This document shows, piece after piece, positions 16,510 through 26,043 of a stretch of 50,348 nt of DNA. A program made the translations under genes and the position numbers. Every line of letters starts with the position of its first letter. Within the stretch, counting starts at the first letter, position 1. Under the pieces are notes generated by a model that was not told where the DNA came from, did no database searches, and saw only the letters and a list, made by a program, of their open reading frames with translations. The stretch comes from a virus. Its lineage: Duplodnaviria > Caudoviricetes. The stretch is taken from IMG/VR virus record IMGVR_UViG_3300038548_000429, positions 1 to 50,348 of that record; one strand, given 5' to 3'.

Positions 16510-18369
16510 TTATGGTTCTTGCGGATAGCAAATCTCGTATAGCTCAGGCTGTCGTGCGAAATAGGCAGTGTGTTCCGGTTCTATCTGGCACACGCGACCG
16601 GGTACAATTGAATAATGTCTCCCACCTGTGAATTCACCAAATGGCTTTTGGTTTTTGCCGTGATACCGCACACCGAAATATGTAGCAGGTGGGCGTTGTG
16701 TGAGATGTACTAAGCCTGTTTTAGGTTGGAATAATTGCGCTACCCTAGCGGTGAACGAATGATGCTGGCGGATGTGGCGTGTCCCACGATTGGCAATGCG
16801 CTTGCGCTCTACATCATGAGCCAGATAGTATTTGATTTTAGCTACCATCTCATCTAATGAATCGAAGCCCACATAATGTTTACCTTCCTCAATACCAATG
16901 AGTTCGTCTAATCGTGGCACATTCTGATGGATAAGTAGGCAATTCCCAGCGGCTATCGCTTGGAATAATCTATTGCTAACAAAGCCATCAGCATCGGGGT
17001 ATTCATTTGTGCCTATAGCAATCTTGGCACTGCGATATAGGGCTTTCGCATTAGTGAAATTATATAATGTAGATGGCTCACTATCCGGCCCATATTGAGC
17101 ATAATCGAATTGCTGCAACCGGGCATCCACTTGCTTACGCGGTTCATTATATACCGTCGCCAGCCACACTACATCTACTGGTTCGGGCTTGAAATCGGCC
17201 TTAACGGGTGGGTCTTCATATCCGATTTGCCAATAAGCAGATTGAATTGCGGTGTCTGTGTACGTCTTCCTAACACTATCATTTACCACAAGTTGCAAAT
17301 CGAATTGACGCAACAAATGGAGCATGTTATCGGATACAAGCGACTTGGGCCAATAATCCCCATTCCAATTTATCCATACCGATTTGGGAGCGTGGGCGCG
17401 GGCCATGCGGATTTGTTCAGGTGCTATGCGGTCAGTATCGTGAAATTGTGTCATCACCATGTTGGGCTTAAATAGGTCAAGGATGTTGCATAAACTCTGA
17501 TAAGGGCTTTTACTGTACATATAGTTAAATTCCCATATCCACTGACCACGCCCGTAATCGCGCAAGGCGTCTCTAAGACCTGTTTTTTGCTCTAATTGGA
17601 TGGGGTGACCCGGTTCATACAGGGGCAAGTATAGGACGCGCAAATGGGCGTTATCGTCGCGTGTAGCAGGTAATGCAGGGATGAATGGGCCGTTAGGATA
17701 CCGCTTAAAATAGCCATTGCTATCATTAGCCGTCATGCGCTCTCTAAGTTCATCTCTTACAATGAGGTCATGCACCTTCACACCGGGTACACGGTCAATA
17801 GAAAGTCCCATTTCCCATATCCGCGCACTGAGATAATTATCCACTCCGTAAGTAATGGGCGGTAGTGCTTCATCATCAATGCCCCACCATCCGGCCTCAT
17901 CGCCTATATCGCGTGGATACATCCCCACTTGTGCATAAACCACCCATTTTTGCGCCCCGTGCGCTGGCATCCCCTGTACGCCGTATATGTCAGAGTTATC
18001 GCCGCGATTGCTGCGATCATCCTCAAATGCCACCCCGCCGCAAGAACGATTGTCCTCAAGGTATATCATTGCCTGTATGATGCCATTATCTAAGAATTGT
18101 ATGTCATCATTAGCCAATACCACATAATCGCCCGTAGACGCAAAAGCTCCATCACAGAATGCCTTTTGCACACCTAGCAATTCGCCATGTTCTATGAGCT
18201 TTATATCATCCTGCTCTTTACACCATGCCAGTGTGCCGTCTGTGCTACCGCCATCTACTACTACGAACTCGCGTTCTATCCCAACCGGGAACTGCACACG
18301 GGCGCTTTCGATCATAGTCTTTAAGTGGGGAAGGCGGTTGTATGTGCCTGTAACAATGCTAATTTTCAC
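16510..18369 (-). CDS. two-domain glycosyltransferase (GT2 + CgeB/Glyco_trans_1_2-like GT-B)
   Basis: N-terminal VVVDGGSTDGT and LANDD; C-terminal YRSAKIAIG, SNRLFQA, IKYYLAHDVERKRIA and HSFTARV. Confidence 0.85.
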   Translation of the reverse strand: MKISIVTGTYNRLPHLKTMIESARVQFPVGIEREFVVVDGGSTDGTLAWCKEQDDIKLIEHGELLGVQKAFCDGAFASTGDYVVLANDDIQFLDNGIIQAMIYLEDNRSCGGVAFEDDRSNRGDNSDIYGVQGMPAHGAQKWVVYAQVGMYPRDIGDEAGWWGIDDEALPPITYGVDNYLSARIWEMGLSIDRVPGVKVHDLIVRDELRERMTANDSNGYFKRYPNGPFIPALPATRDDNAHLRVLYLPLYEPGHPIQLEQKTGLRDALRDYGRGQWIWEFNYMYSKSPYQSLCNILDLFKPNMVMTQFHDTDRIAPEQIRMARAHAPKSVWINWNGDYWPKSLVSDNMLHLLRQFDLQLVVNDSVRKTYTDTAIQSAYWQIGYEDPPVKADFKPEPVDVVWLATVYNEPRKQVDARLQQFDYAQYGPDSEPSTLYNFTNAKALYRSAKIAIGTNEYPDADGFVSNRLFQAIAAGNCLLIHQNVPRLDELIGIEEGKHYVGFDSLDEMVAKIKYYLAHDVERKRIANRGTRHIRQHHSFTARVAQLFQPKTGLVHLTQRPPATYFGVRYHGKNQKPFGEFTGGRHYSIVPGRVCQIEPEHTAYFARQPELYEICYPQEP

Positions 18370-19700
18370 TATCCGTTTTCCTCAATATCTAGTCGGGCGA
18401 AATAGGTCTCCGCACCACTCACCACCACACGCGCGGCCAATACCAATTCATCGCGTGTTCCATCAATGAGTGAGCCAAGACGTAGGCGATTTTGTATCAC
18501 CTCATGCCCGATATTAGCTGACTTTTGCGTGAGCGTTCCACCTAAATCTATCCCGCCTGTGAGGGTGTTGGTGTCATCGCGGCTAATGTCATATTCTATG
18601 CTCCCATTAGTCAACCCTACCCATGATACTTGGTCATCCCCCGCCACTGTGGGGTTTAATAGCAGCATGGATTCAAAATTAGAATTACCTACCGTCATGA
18701 TGGCATAATCCAATATATTCACAACCGCATGTAGATGATCCTCTTTGAGGCGGATAGATAGAATAGGGTATAAGTTAGTATCATTGCCAGCAGAAAACCC
18801 GCTTGCACCCCGCGTCACACCACGTATCACACCCGCATTCTGTTCGCCACCTTCACTAATTACAGTCGAACAGATTTGTACCAATGAAGCCGCCGCACCT
18901 GTGCCATCGTTATTAATTTCAAATCTCACAGGCAAGTTTGGACTACTCATATATACGGTTGTGAGTGTGTTGGCATGATGCGAATGGTGGGCAATAATTG
19001 GGATACCATCTATAAATATCCCCCACCTTACTTGCCCCGTACCAAGCCATTCATAATCTAAAAAGAATATCTGTACTTTCGTTGTATCAATTGTTACTTG
19101 CGATAACCCTTCACCATCTAAGGTATCGAAATTCCACGCGGATTGCGGTGTGACTGAATCAACCGCGCTACCAGACGCACTAGAACGAATCACCAGCGAT
19201 AACACACTATCCTTTAGTTGAAAAAACATGCCATCATCATCATTATATAACCCTAATCGGCGCGTGATACCATCCTCTGCCGCACCCAATACCCCTGTAA
19301 ATATGGCAAGTTGCGATTTGCCGGGTTGATAATTATTATGGGTTTTCTGTTGTCGTATTCGTGTCCCCGCTGTGGCTGCGCTCACTGACATAGTAGAGGC
19401 TGCTAAGGGTATAGAATGTGTAGAGGTAGTTCCCGCGCCCGATGTTTCGGCGTCGTCAAAAAGCAATGGGTTGTTATCGAATATCTGTTTGCTATCAAAT
19501 AGAGTGTGAGGTGTAGTGACCCGTTGCCTTGCGAATGCGTCCAATGCCGCGCTATCTACCATCCCCACCGATAACGCTATAGGGTCACGGGCAAAGGGGT
19601 GTGTGGCAAATAATAGTGCGTGGGTATCATCTTGCATATCTAACCACCGCTGTCTTATATCAGGTGGAGTCAGTCTAATAGGTTGAATTTTATCGGGCAT
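18369..19700 (-). CDS. beta-rich virion protein with a lectin-like fold
   Basis: DAFARQRVT, YQPGKSQL, DYEWLGTGQVRWG and NLPVRFEI resemble a recurring family of phage structural proteins. Confidence 0.55.
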   Translation of the reverse strand: MPDKIQPIRLTPPDIRQRWLDMQDDTHALLFATHPFARDPIALSVGMVDSAALDAFARQRVTTPHTLFDSKQIFDNNPLLFDDAETSGAGTTSTHSIPLAASTMSVSAATAGTRIRQQKTHNNYQPGKSQLAIFTGVLGAAEDGITRRLGLYNDDDGMFFQLKDSVLSLVIRSSASGSAVDSVTPQSAWNFDTLDGEGLSQVTIDTTKVQIFFLDYEWLGTGQVRWGIFIDGIPIIAHHSHHANTLTTVYMSSPNLPVRFEINNDGTGAAASLVQICSTVISEGGEQNAGVIRGVTRGASGFSAGNDTNLYPILSIRLKEDHLHAVVNILDYAIMTVGNSNFESMLLLNPTVAGDDQVSWVGLTNGSIEYDISRDDTNTLTGGIDLGGTLTQKSANIGHEVIQNRLRLGSLIDGTRDELVLAARVVVSGAETYFARLDIEENG

Positions 19701-20125
19701 TATAGGTATCCTTGTGCCATTCGTATCAGGTCATATTGAAAATCATTCCACCCATCTCTGTCCAACTCTTCTACTTTTGAATAATGCGGATTATGATCTT
19801 CCCATTCTGGATCATATTCCATAAGCCACATACGCCCGTCTATCCGACTCACTGTAATGGAACGACTTGATTCTTGCATCACTATTACGCCCACATCCTC
19901 CCAATCTTGCGTGATAGCTTCCGCATGATTATACTTCACCCCATCTATTATTTTTAGCACCATAAGACGCTCCCACCATATCCCGTCCTCTACCCATATT
20001 GGCTGGGATTTACCATTCAGGAATAGGAACGATGTGCTAGAGACGATAGGCGCGAGTGGGGCGTTAGGAATGCGGAATAAAGAACGTATAAATGCCCATA
20101 TGCTATTCATTCCAGTCTGCATCAT
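19700..20125 (-). CDS. hypothetical protein
   Basis: ORF in a contiguous minus-strand operon. Confidence 0.5.
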   Translation of the reverse strand: MMQTGMNSIWAFIRSLFRIPNAPLAPIVSSTSFLFLNGKSQPIWVEDGIWWERLMVLKIIDGVKYNHAEAITQDWEDVGVIVMQESSRSITVSRIDGRMWLMEYDPEWEDHNPHYSKVEELDRDGWNDFQYDLIRMAQGYL

Positions 20126-20537
20126 TGTCTATGATATAAGCGCGGGCTTCATTACCTGATTGCACCCAATTCGCACCCAACCCACCAAATATAGCCACAC
20201 GTAGCTTATCCACGCCTAATAAATCGAGTGTTATGATATTTGAGATACGTGTGTCCCATGTGAATGTAGTATTCACGTTCCCAATATCACCCACATCTAC
20301 ACTAAATATATCCACTAGAAACGATTTGAATTTCTCAACAGTGATATTATCAGCATTATATAGGGCTTCAAATATCGCGGCGTCATTATCCAAACGAAAG
20401 CGCCAATGGTGACGCTTTGCAGGGGATTCATCTTGTGGTGAAATGCCTAATGCTTGAATTTCAGTTACAAGTAAAGAACGTTGCGCGTTGTTCAAGTCGA
20501 TGTTCTCTATGCCAAAATACCCATGCCAGTTAGTCAT
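20103..20537 (-). CDS. hypothetical (possibly virion) protein
   Basis: ORF in the operon directly after the LamG protein. Confidence 0.55.
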   Translation of the reverse strand: MTNWHGYFGIENIDLNNAQRSLLVTEIQALGISPQDESPAKRHHWRFRLDNDAAIFEALYNADNITVEKFKSFLVDIFSVDVGDIGNVNTTFTWDTRISNIITLDLLGVDKLRVAIFGGLGANWVQSGNEARAYIIDNDADWNE

Positions 20538-20538
20538 A

Positions 20539-21501
20539 TTACACCGTCCCTAATGCTAGGATTGCAGGCGTAATGGGAGTATCCCATATTGCAAATTGTG
20601 CCAGATAGCCATTCCAGGGAGAAATTGGGGCGGGGCCAGATGCTCCCAACGCTGTAGCACCTGCACTTAGTCCGATTCCTGCTGTAGCGTCACAAACTGC
20701 TGTACCTTCAGAAACGCCATCAACCACCATTTCTATCTCATTGCCTATCACTGACCACGAAAATATAAAACTTTGCCAAGCAGTTATACCTGTTACCGAT
20801 TTGGTAATTGACCGTTCAGCTAATCCACTGCCTCTGTGGCGGACTCGTAAATCATCGCCCGATGAGTCCATTGCAATATAATTGTTTGCATCACGACGGA
20901 TACGAAACTGTGCGCGGAATTGGTCGTTCCACGATCCGGCGTCGTTTGGTTTCACCCACAGTAACACACACCCCTCATCCATATCGAAATCAGCACCAAA
21001 TCCCCCATCAAAAATATCTACAGAATCATTTACCCCATCAAAGAACGGAGCTTCACCACCCGTTGGCGGTATTTGTCCATCCCATGTCACACCTATATAT
21101 GGCGAGTTATAACCGTTTCCAGATGAATCTAGTGCATTAGCGCCACTACCCTCATTTAACTTAAGGTAGAGGAATGGGTTGGTCGCTAACACATCACCAG
21201 CATAATCAACCGCAAATGCAATCAATTCTTTCAAGTATACAATCTCAAGGTCACTCTGCCATTGGATATATAGCCTATGTAAGGCGCTACTTAACGTGGC
21301 ATTAGTAGTGCCTAGCACCTCCAATATCGCAGCATCAATAATGACAGCACCCAAATCACCCACCACTGGCAACGGTACTACCGCCGTGAGCAGAGGTTCT
21401 TGCACTGTAAGGTCTTCGATAAATGCTTTCAGGCGGATGTAGTCCAATCCATCATTTTGCAAAGCCAATGGACGCCCGCGCACGTCGCTTAATGTGGACA
21501 T
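20539..21501 (-). CDS. LamG / concanavalin-A-like lectin domain protein
   Basis: YLKLNEGSG..ALDSSGNG, FFDGVND, LWVKP, MVVDGV and WNGYLAQFAIWDTPIT. Confidence 0.8.
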   Translation of the reverse strand: MSTLSDVRGRPLALQNDGLDYIRLKAFIEDLTVQEPLLTAVVPLPVVGDLGAVIIDAAILEVLGTTNATLSSALHRLYIQWQSDLEIVYLKELIAFAVDYAGDVLATNPFLYLKLNEGSGANALDSSGNGYNSPYIGVTWDGQIPPTGGEAPFFDGVNDSVDIFDGGFGADFDMDEGCVLLWVKPNDAGSWNDQFRAQFRIRRDANNYIAMDSSGDDLRVRHRGSGLAERSITKSVTGITAWQSFIFSWSVIGNEIEMVVDGVSEGTAVCDATAGIGLSAGATALGASGPAPISPWNGYLAQFAIWDTPITPAILALGTV

Positions 21502-22415
21502 TAGGCGTCTCCATTTTTCATACGGGTCGCTTTCCGTTTACCTTCATTTTGTGCAGCCTCTAACTGAGATGTCACGGTGCGATCATCAATACCATCACCA
21601 TTTTCATCTACAAATTCAGTATCATGTGACGCCTTTAATAGTCCTATCAACCTACCACGATCTAATTTGGCAGATTTTCTCTTGCCTTCACGCACTAAGA
21701 TGCTACGAATTTGCTCTCTTATGTTACGTTCTTTAGGGCCGCTACGCTTCCACAAATCATCATATTTCATAGCATCATAATCAATGGCTACATCAGCAGC
21801 ATCCGCACGAAATATTGCAAGCCCGCAATCACCCGGCTCTGTAAGATAGTAATTGGGAACTATGTCCGTTGCTTCAATTCCCATCCTCACTTGTGAACCA
21901 ACTAAGTGATGCTGTGCGGCATGTGATATGAGAAAGCCACCCGGCTTTATCAACCTATCGCGCTGTTCCCATATTGACCGTACACGGTAGCTATCATGTG
22001 ACCCACGTTCAAATACAAAATCATAGTCATCATCCTGTGAGGTTAACCAGTCGTAAATATCCTCTTTTAATAATTCAGAGGAGCGCCGTAAACGTACTGG
22101 CCAACCCTGACCCGCGCCCTTTACATTACTTACCGCCTTTAGGGTAGAAATGTTATCATTAGCCTTCATAGCCAATAGCATATGCGTAGTAGAGCAGCCG
22201 TGCCATGTACCCAATTCCAGTAACCTAGTCGGCTTAGTGGCACGAATCAAGGCATACAATACTTGCCCATCCACACGCCATATTGACCCATTGGGCCACG
22301 CGCCGTAGCTATCGTCCCATCCAGTCTCGGTGTCCTCTGCGGCATAGTTGATTAACTCAGTAGCGTCTAGTCCAAAGTCCGCTGCTAATTTTGTGAGTGT
22401 GTGTGTTAAGTTCAT
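21501..22415 (-). CDS. class I SAM methyltransferase (Methyltransf_24-like) with C-terminal extension
   Basis: LLELGTWHGCST, YDFVFE and KPGGFLISH. Confidence 0.8.
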   Translation of the reverse strand: MNLTHTLTKLAADFGLDATELINYAAEDTETGWDDSYGAWPNGSIWRVDGQVLYALIRATKPTRLLELGTWHGCSTTHMLLAMKANDNISTLKAVSNVKGAGQGWPVRLRRSSELLKEDIYDWLTSQDDDYDFVFERGSHDSYRVRSIWEQRDRLIKPGGFLISHAAQHHLVGSQVRMGIEATDIVPNYYLTEPGDCGLAIFRADAADVAIDYDAMKYDDLWKRSGPKERNIREQIRSILVREGKRKSAKLDRGRLIGLLKASHDTEFVDENGDGIDDRTVTSQLEAAQNEGKRKATRMKNGDA

Positions 22416-22819
22416 TTGATTTCCTTTACCATGCTCTTCAAATTGCCATTGTTCGATTGCAAATATCGTGCCTCTGCCTCTTGCGTAATTTGGGCTAGAC
22501 CCGTTTCACGCATCTTATTGCATATCGTGCGCGTTAAATCGGGATGTCTCCCAAAGCCCCACCTATCCACGCCAATGTCAAGGACATGTAACTTAGCATC
22601 CGGGCAAGTCGGTATATGCTCCCTCAGTAGTGGTTCGCCTGCAATAATCACCTTATCGGCCCACTCGCATAACATAGCTCGTGTAGCAGGGGAGGTAGTC
22701 ACCATCCCGGCAACAATCACATCTTTCATGCCTACTACATCTTTCAATATGCCGCCCGTACCCATGCTTCTAACATTACCGTAGGCGCAAAATACCGCTA
22801 TTTTTGTATCCGTGTTCAT
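22412..22819 (-). CDS. low-molecular-weight PTP / arsenate-reductase-like protein
   Basis: N-terminal P-loop VFCAYGNVRS (C-X5-R-S), EWADKVII and LDIGVD. Confidence 0.7.
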   Translation of the reverse strand: MNTDTKIAVFCAYGNVRSMGTGGILKDVVGMKDVIVAGMVTTSPATRAMLCEWADKVIIAGEPLLREHIPTCPDAKLHVLDIGVDRWGFGRHPDLTRTICNKMRETGLAQITQEAEARYLQSNNGNLKSMVKEIK

Positions 22820-23459
22820 TTGATTCCTCTATATATAGTTTCTGTTCAATGGCTAATCCGCAATCACTCGGTTCTGTAATGTAGGTGAAGGGCACTCCAC
22901 CTGCTAACTTTATGCCCATCCTCACCGCGTTACCCACCGCATGATGTAAGGCATCATGACTAAGCATGAAGCCACCGGGCGATAGGCGCGGCTTTGATGC
23001 CATCCACAAACCGCATGTAAGTTCTATTGTGTGGTTGGTATCCTCAAAGATGAAATCATATTGATTCGTCGTTTCGGTCATCCATTCCATTGCATCACGC
23101 AGATAAAATGTGAATGGGTCTGTTAAATACTCTGGGATCATGTTGCCAGGACTAATACCATGCGTGTCTCTGTCCACTGCATCCAATATAGCCCCGTTGT
23201 CATTAGCCTGCATAGCCATCAATATATGGGTGGCAGAGCAGCCGTGCCATGTCCCTAGTTCAAGGATGTGTTTAGGCTTGATAGCACGAATGAGCGCGTA
23301 TAACGTTTGACCCTCGACTTGCCATAAGCTACCCTCCGGCCAGTCACCTTCGCCCCTATCCCATCCGGTTTCGGTGTCTTCGTCAGCATAGGCAATAAGC
23401 TCATCAGCATCTAAATTAAAATCTATCGCTATTTTAGATAATGTACGAGATAGATTCAT
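22776..23459 (-). CDS. class I SAM methyltransferase (paralog of 21501..22415)
   Basis: ILELGTWHGCSA, YDFIFEDTNH and SPGGFMLSHD. Confidence 0.8.
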   Translation of the reverse strand: MNLSRTLSKIAIDFNLDADELIAYADEDTETGWDRGEGDWPEGSLWQVEGQTLYALIRAIKPKHILELGTWHGCSATHILMAMQANDNGAILDAVDRDTHGISPGNMIPEYLTDPFTFYLRDAMEWMTETTNQYDFIFEDTNHTIELTCGLWMASKPRLSPGGFMLSHDALHHAVGNAVRMGIKLAGGVPFTYITEPSDCGLAIEQKLYIEESNEHGYKNSGILRLR

Positions 23460-23794
23460 TCAGTTTCCATTACTTTCATAAAGTCGCCATTGATGTAACG
23501 CTTATTTAATTCATCAAAATGCTTGGCACAAACTGTAAAGAATCTTTCAATTGTGTGCGGCTCTTCAAAATCAATAGGGTAATCATTGTAACCTATCATG
23601 AGTGTTCTACCGCTTTTATTCTCAAAACCTAAACTAACTCGGATTTGGTAGCTATTATAATGATACTCACTATTACTATTACTAGATAAACTCACTATAT
23701 CATGTCCCCAATAGGTATGAATTTGGACATTATAAAGAATGTCGTGTTTATTAAGTAATTTGCTTGCCGTGTATTCTACACTCATTCGATCCAC
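23456..23794 (-). CDS. hypothetical protein (AT-rich accessory gene)
   Basis: Coupled ORF, visibly more AT-rich than its neighbours. Confidence 0.55.
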   Translation of the reverse strand: MDRMSVEYTASKLLNKHDILYNVQIHTYWGHDIVSLSSNSNSEYHYNSYQIRVSLGFENKSGRTLMIGYNDYPIDFEEPHTIERFFTVCAKHFDELNKRYINGDFMKVMETE

Positions 23795-24243
23795 TTCCTA
23801 TCTGCTAATATTTCTTTGTAATCATGTCGTCCTGAATATGATAAATGTCGTGTCCGATAATGACTGAACCAAAATGGATATTCACTCCATGTAAAGGCGA
23901 TGCGGGTAGCATCCTCTAAATTCAAACTATCAGACCATTCAAAATATGAATCAATAAGGTCACATATCCGTATAGACATCCAATCATAAGATATTGCAAG
24001 CACCTTGTCATCTGTATCGAATTTACCAGAATAAGTATTGCCGCCTTGATACACCCTATAGACGGTGTACAAATAATTTTGGACAAGAATAGTTGCCATC
24101 TCAAATGTCACACTCATTGTATTCTGATAGGGTTCATTCTTATAACGCTCAGGATAAGAGAATGAAACATTCAATGTATTGCCATTAAGTGTCGGTACAT
24201 CCCGCGCAAGGTTCATTTCAAAAACAAACTTCATTCTATTCAT
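23782..24243 (-). CDS. hypothetical protein (AT-rich accessory gene)
   Basis: Coupled ORF. Confidence 0.55.
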   Translation of the reverse strand: MNRMKFVFEMNLARDVPTLNGNTLNVSFSYPERYKNEPYQNTMSVTFEMATILVQNYLYTVYRVYQGGNTYSGKFDTDDKVLAISYDWMSIRICDLIDSYFEWSDSLNLEDATRIAFTWSEYPFWFSHYRTRHLSYSGRHDYKEILADRKWIE

Positions 24244-24664
24244 CCCTCTTTAACGTTTTAATTATATCGTAAAGTTCATCAGAAGTCTTACAATGTACCA
24301 TTGTCTTCACTTTGGAATCATCGAATGCAACTTTCCCCTTAAATGGCATATATTTATGTCCACCATAATCCCTGTGATAATACGCACGATACTTAAAATC
24401 TATCGTATTTCCATCAATTGAAATATCGACATATTGGCCTAAACCTATATACAGTGATAAAGACCAAACGAAGTATTGATTCCAACTTTCAAATTCCATC
24501 ACCTTATTATTGCATCGCCATAGCATCTTGGCGAGTTGTTTAGGCTTCAAATCATTAGATATAAAATTGTTGCGAATCAAGTAGCGTAATTGTTGTTTAT
24601 TTAAATAACCTAATAGTTCCCCAGCATATATAATAGATTCCACATGTTCTATCATTCTATCCAC
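24236..24664 (-). CDS. hypothetical protein (AT-rich accessory gene)
   Basis: Coupled ORF. Confidence 0.55.
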   Translation of the reverse strand: MDRMIEHVESIIYAGELLGYLNKQQLRYLIRNNFISNDLKPKQLAKMLWRCNNKVMEFESWNQYFVWSLSLYIGLGQYVDISIDGNTIDFKYRAYYHRDYGGHKYMPFKGKVAFDDSKVKTMVHCKTSDELYDIIKTLKRDE

Positions 24665-25404
24665 TCCATATTATAAAACGGATGTGATTGCATCCAATCG
24701 GGCATGTAATCCAGCGGATTTATCACATCAAAATTCCAGCTATCGCTACCCACAGGATGCAGGTCGTCTTGTCTATCTTTGTTCAAATAGACCTCATCAA
24801 ACCATGAAGTCCTGTATTCGCCTCTATGCCCATGTATAAGCCATTTATAGCGCATTAGGGAAGGGCGTATCGCATAGCCAAAGTGGTTGATGTAGCCAAA
24901 TTCATTCGGTATTTCACGCTCACCTGATTGTTTCGGACAAATTAATCGCACAGGATAAGATGTGTCTTGCGTAATACAACGTCTAAACGAGCGCCAATAA
25001 TGCACCATCGGAACGCGATAAGTACGTGCTTTTCTCGCCACACGACCCATACTAGTAATTACATACTCAATTGAATAATCCAATTGTTCTCGACCCCATA
25101 CTTCATCGCTATCAACTATCACAATGATGTCAGCGTCCGGTTCGTATTCATATATCATATCACGCTGTTTGCCTTCGTGCGGCCACTCGCCACGATGCCA
25201 CACCAATTTATTCCCAGCGGCTTTATGTGCCAGTGCTTTCAATAGCTTCTCAGGTTCAGGGCAAGCGACTTGCGTCCGTGCGCCATGACTCCCTACCGGG
25301 CTATAGGCAATGTGGAACACATCAACATGGTCAATGATGCTTTCGATAGCATACTGGATGTAATCCGCCCCATAGTGCAAGGCCATAAAGCCAACTATTC
25401 TCAT
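24652..25404 (-). CDS. GT-A fold glycosyltransferase-like protein
   Basis: YIQYAIESI, EGKQRD, IVDSDE (DxD) and INHFGYA. Confidence 0.75.
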   Translation of the reverse strand: MRIVGFMALHYGADYIQYAIESIIDHVDVFHIAYSPVGSHGARTQVACPEPEKLLKALAHKAAGNKLVWHRGEWPHEGKQRDMIYEYEPDADIIVIVDSDEVWGREQLDYSIEYVITSMGRVARKARTYRVPMVHYWRSFRRCITQDTSYPVRLICPKQSGEREIPNEFGYINHFGYAIRPSLMRYKWLIHGHRGEYRTSWFDEVYLNKDRQDDLHPVGSDSWNFDVINPLDYMPDWMQSHPFYNMEWIE

Positions 25405-25460
25405 TTAGTCCCCTTCTTTTTCGGCTTCTTTTTCTTCGGTGGTAAAGTGTGCTTTGGCAT
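25401..25460 (-). CDS. 19-aa lysine-rich micropeptide
   Basis: MPKHTLPPKKKKPKKKGTK, coupled by TAATG upstream and ATGA downstream. Confidence 0.5.
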   Translation of the reverse strand: MPKHTLPPKKKKPKKKGTK

Positions 25461-25897
25461 TATTCATCGTCCCTATAATCTTTAATAACGAGTAAGTTCA
25501 TGATAAGTCCTTGATCGGTGATGTAAGAGATTGTATATGGTGTGGTTAAGCGCGGGCCGCTAGTGTTAGATGGAATACTTGAATCCCAATGTTGGCCGGG
25601 CTTATTTGCCATAAACTCATCCATGTGATGCCGCACCCATGACCAATGCCCATCCTCATTGCGAAGTTGCTCATTTTCGGATTCGAGACGTGCTATCTCT
25701 TTGCGTAATTCTTTCTTTGATTCTTTCTTAGAAGACATATCAGGTTTCTCCACAGGTTTCTCCACAGGTATCAACACACATCCGAATATATTGGCATGTT
25801 TTATAATTGCCTCGCGCGGCCACTTCGCAGCTAATATCTGAAAATCATTGGGCTTCAAGTTATCAGTCCGTATCAATACTTTGCCTCGCTTATTCAT
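25460..25897 (-). CDS. hypothetical coiled-coil protein
   Basis: Coupled ORF. Confidence 0.5.
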   Translation of the reverse strand: MNKRGKVLIRTDNLKPNDFQILAAKWPREAIIKHANIFGCVLIPVEKPVEKPDMSSKKESKKELRKEIARLESENEQLRNEDGHWSWVRHHMDEFMANKPGQHWDSSIPSNTSGPRLTTPYTISYITDQGLIMNLLVIKDYRDDE

Positions 25898-26043
25898 TCA
25901 TCGTCTCCCCATAGCGTTAGGATGGCTTGTACACCGTCCTTCTCTGCTTGCCAACTGATATTCTTATGGCGCATACGATAGGCGTTTTTGCCTGATGATG
26001 TTCGTGGCACTAACACAGTTACATAGATTTGTTTCGCCGTCAT
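25894..26043 (-). CDS. hypothetical 49-aa protein
   Basis: Manual translation MTAKQIYV...LWGDDE, with ATGA overlaps on both sides. Confidence 0.5.
   Translation of the reverse strand: MTAKQIYVTVLVPRTSSGKNAYRMRHKNISWQAEKDGVQAILTLWGDDE

Noticed and set aside
21501-23459. Diversity-generating retroelement (template/variable repeat pair)
   Set aside because: The similarity is whole-gene paralogy without evident adenine-specific differences, and no reverse transcriptase is present.
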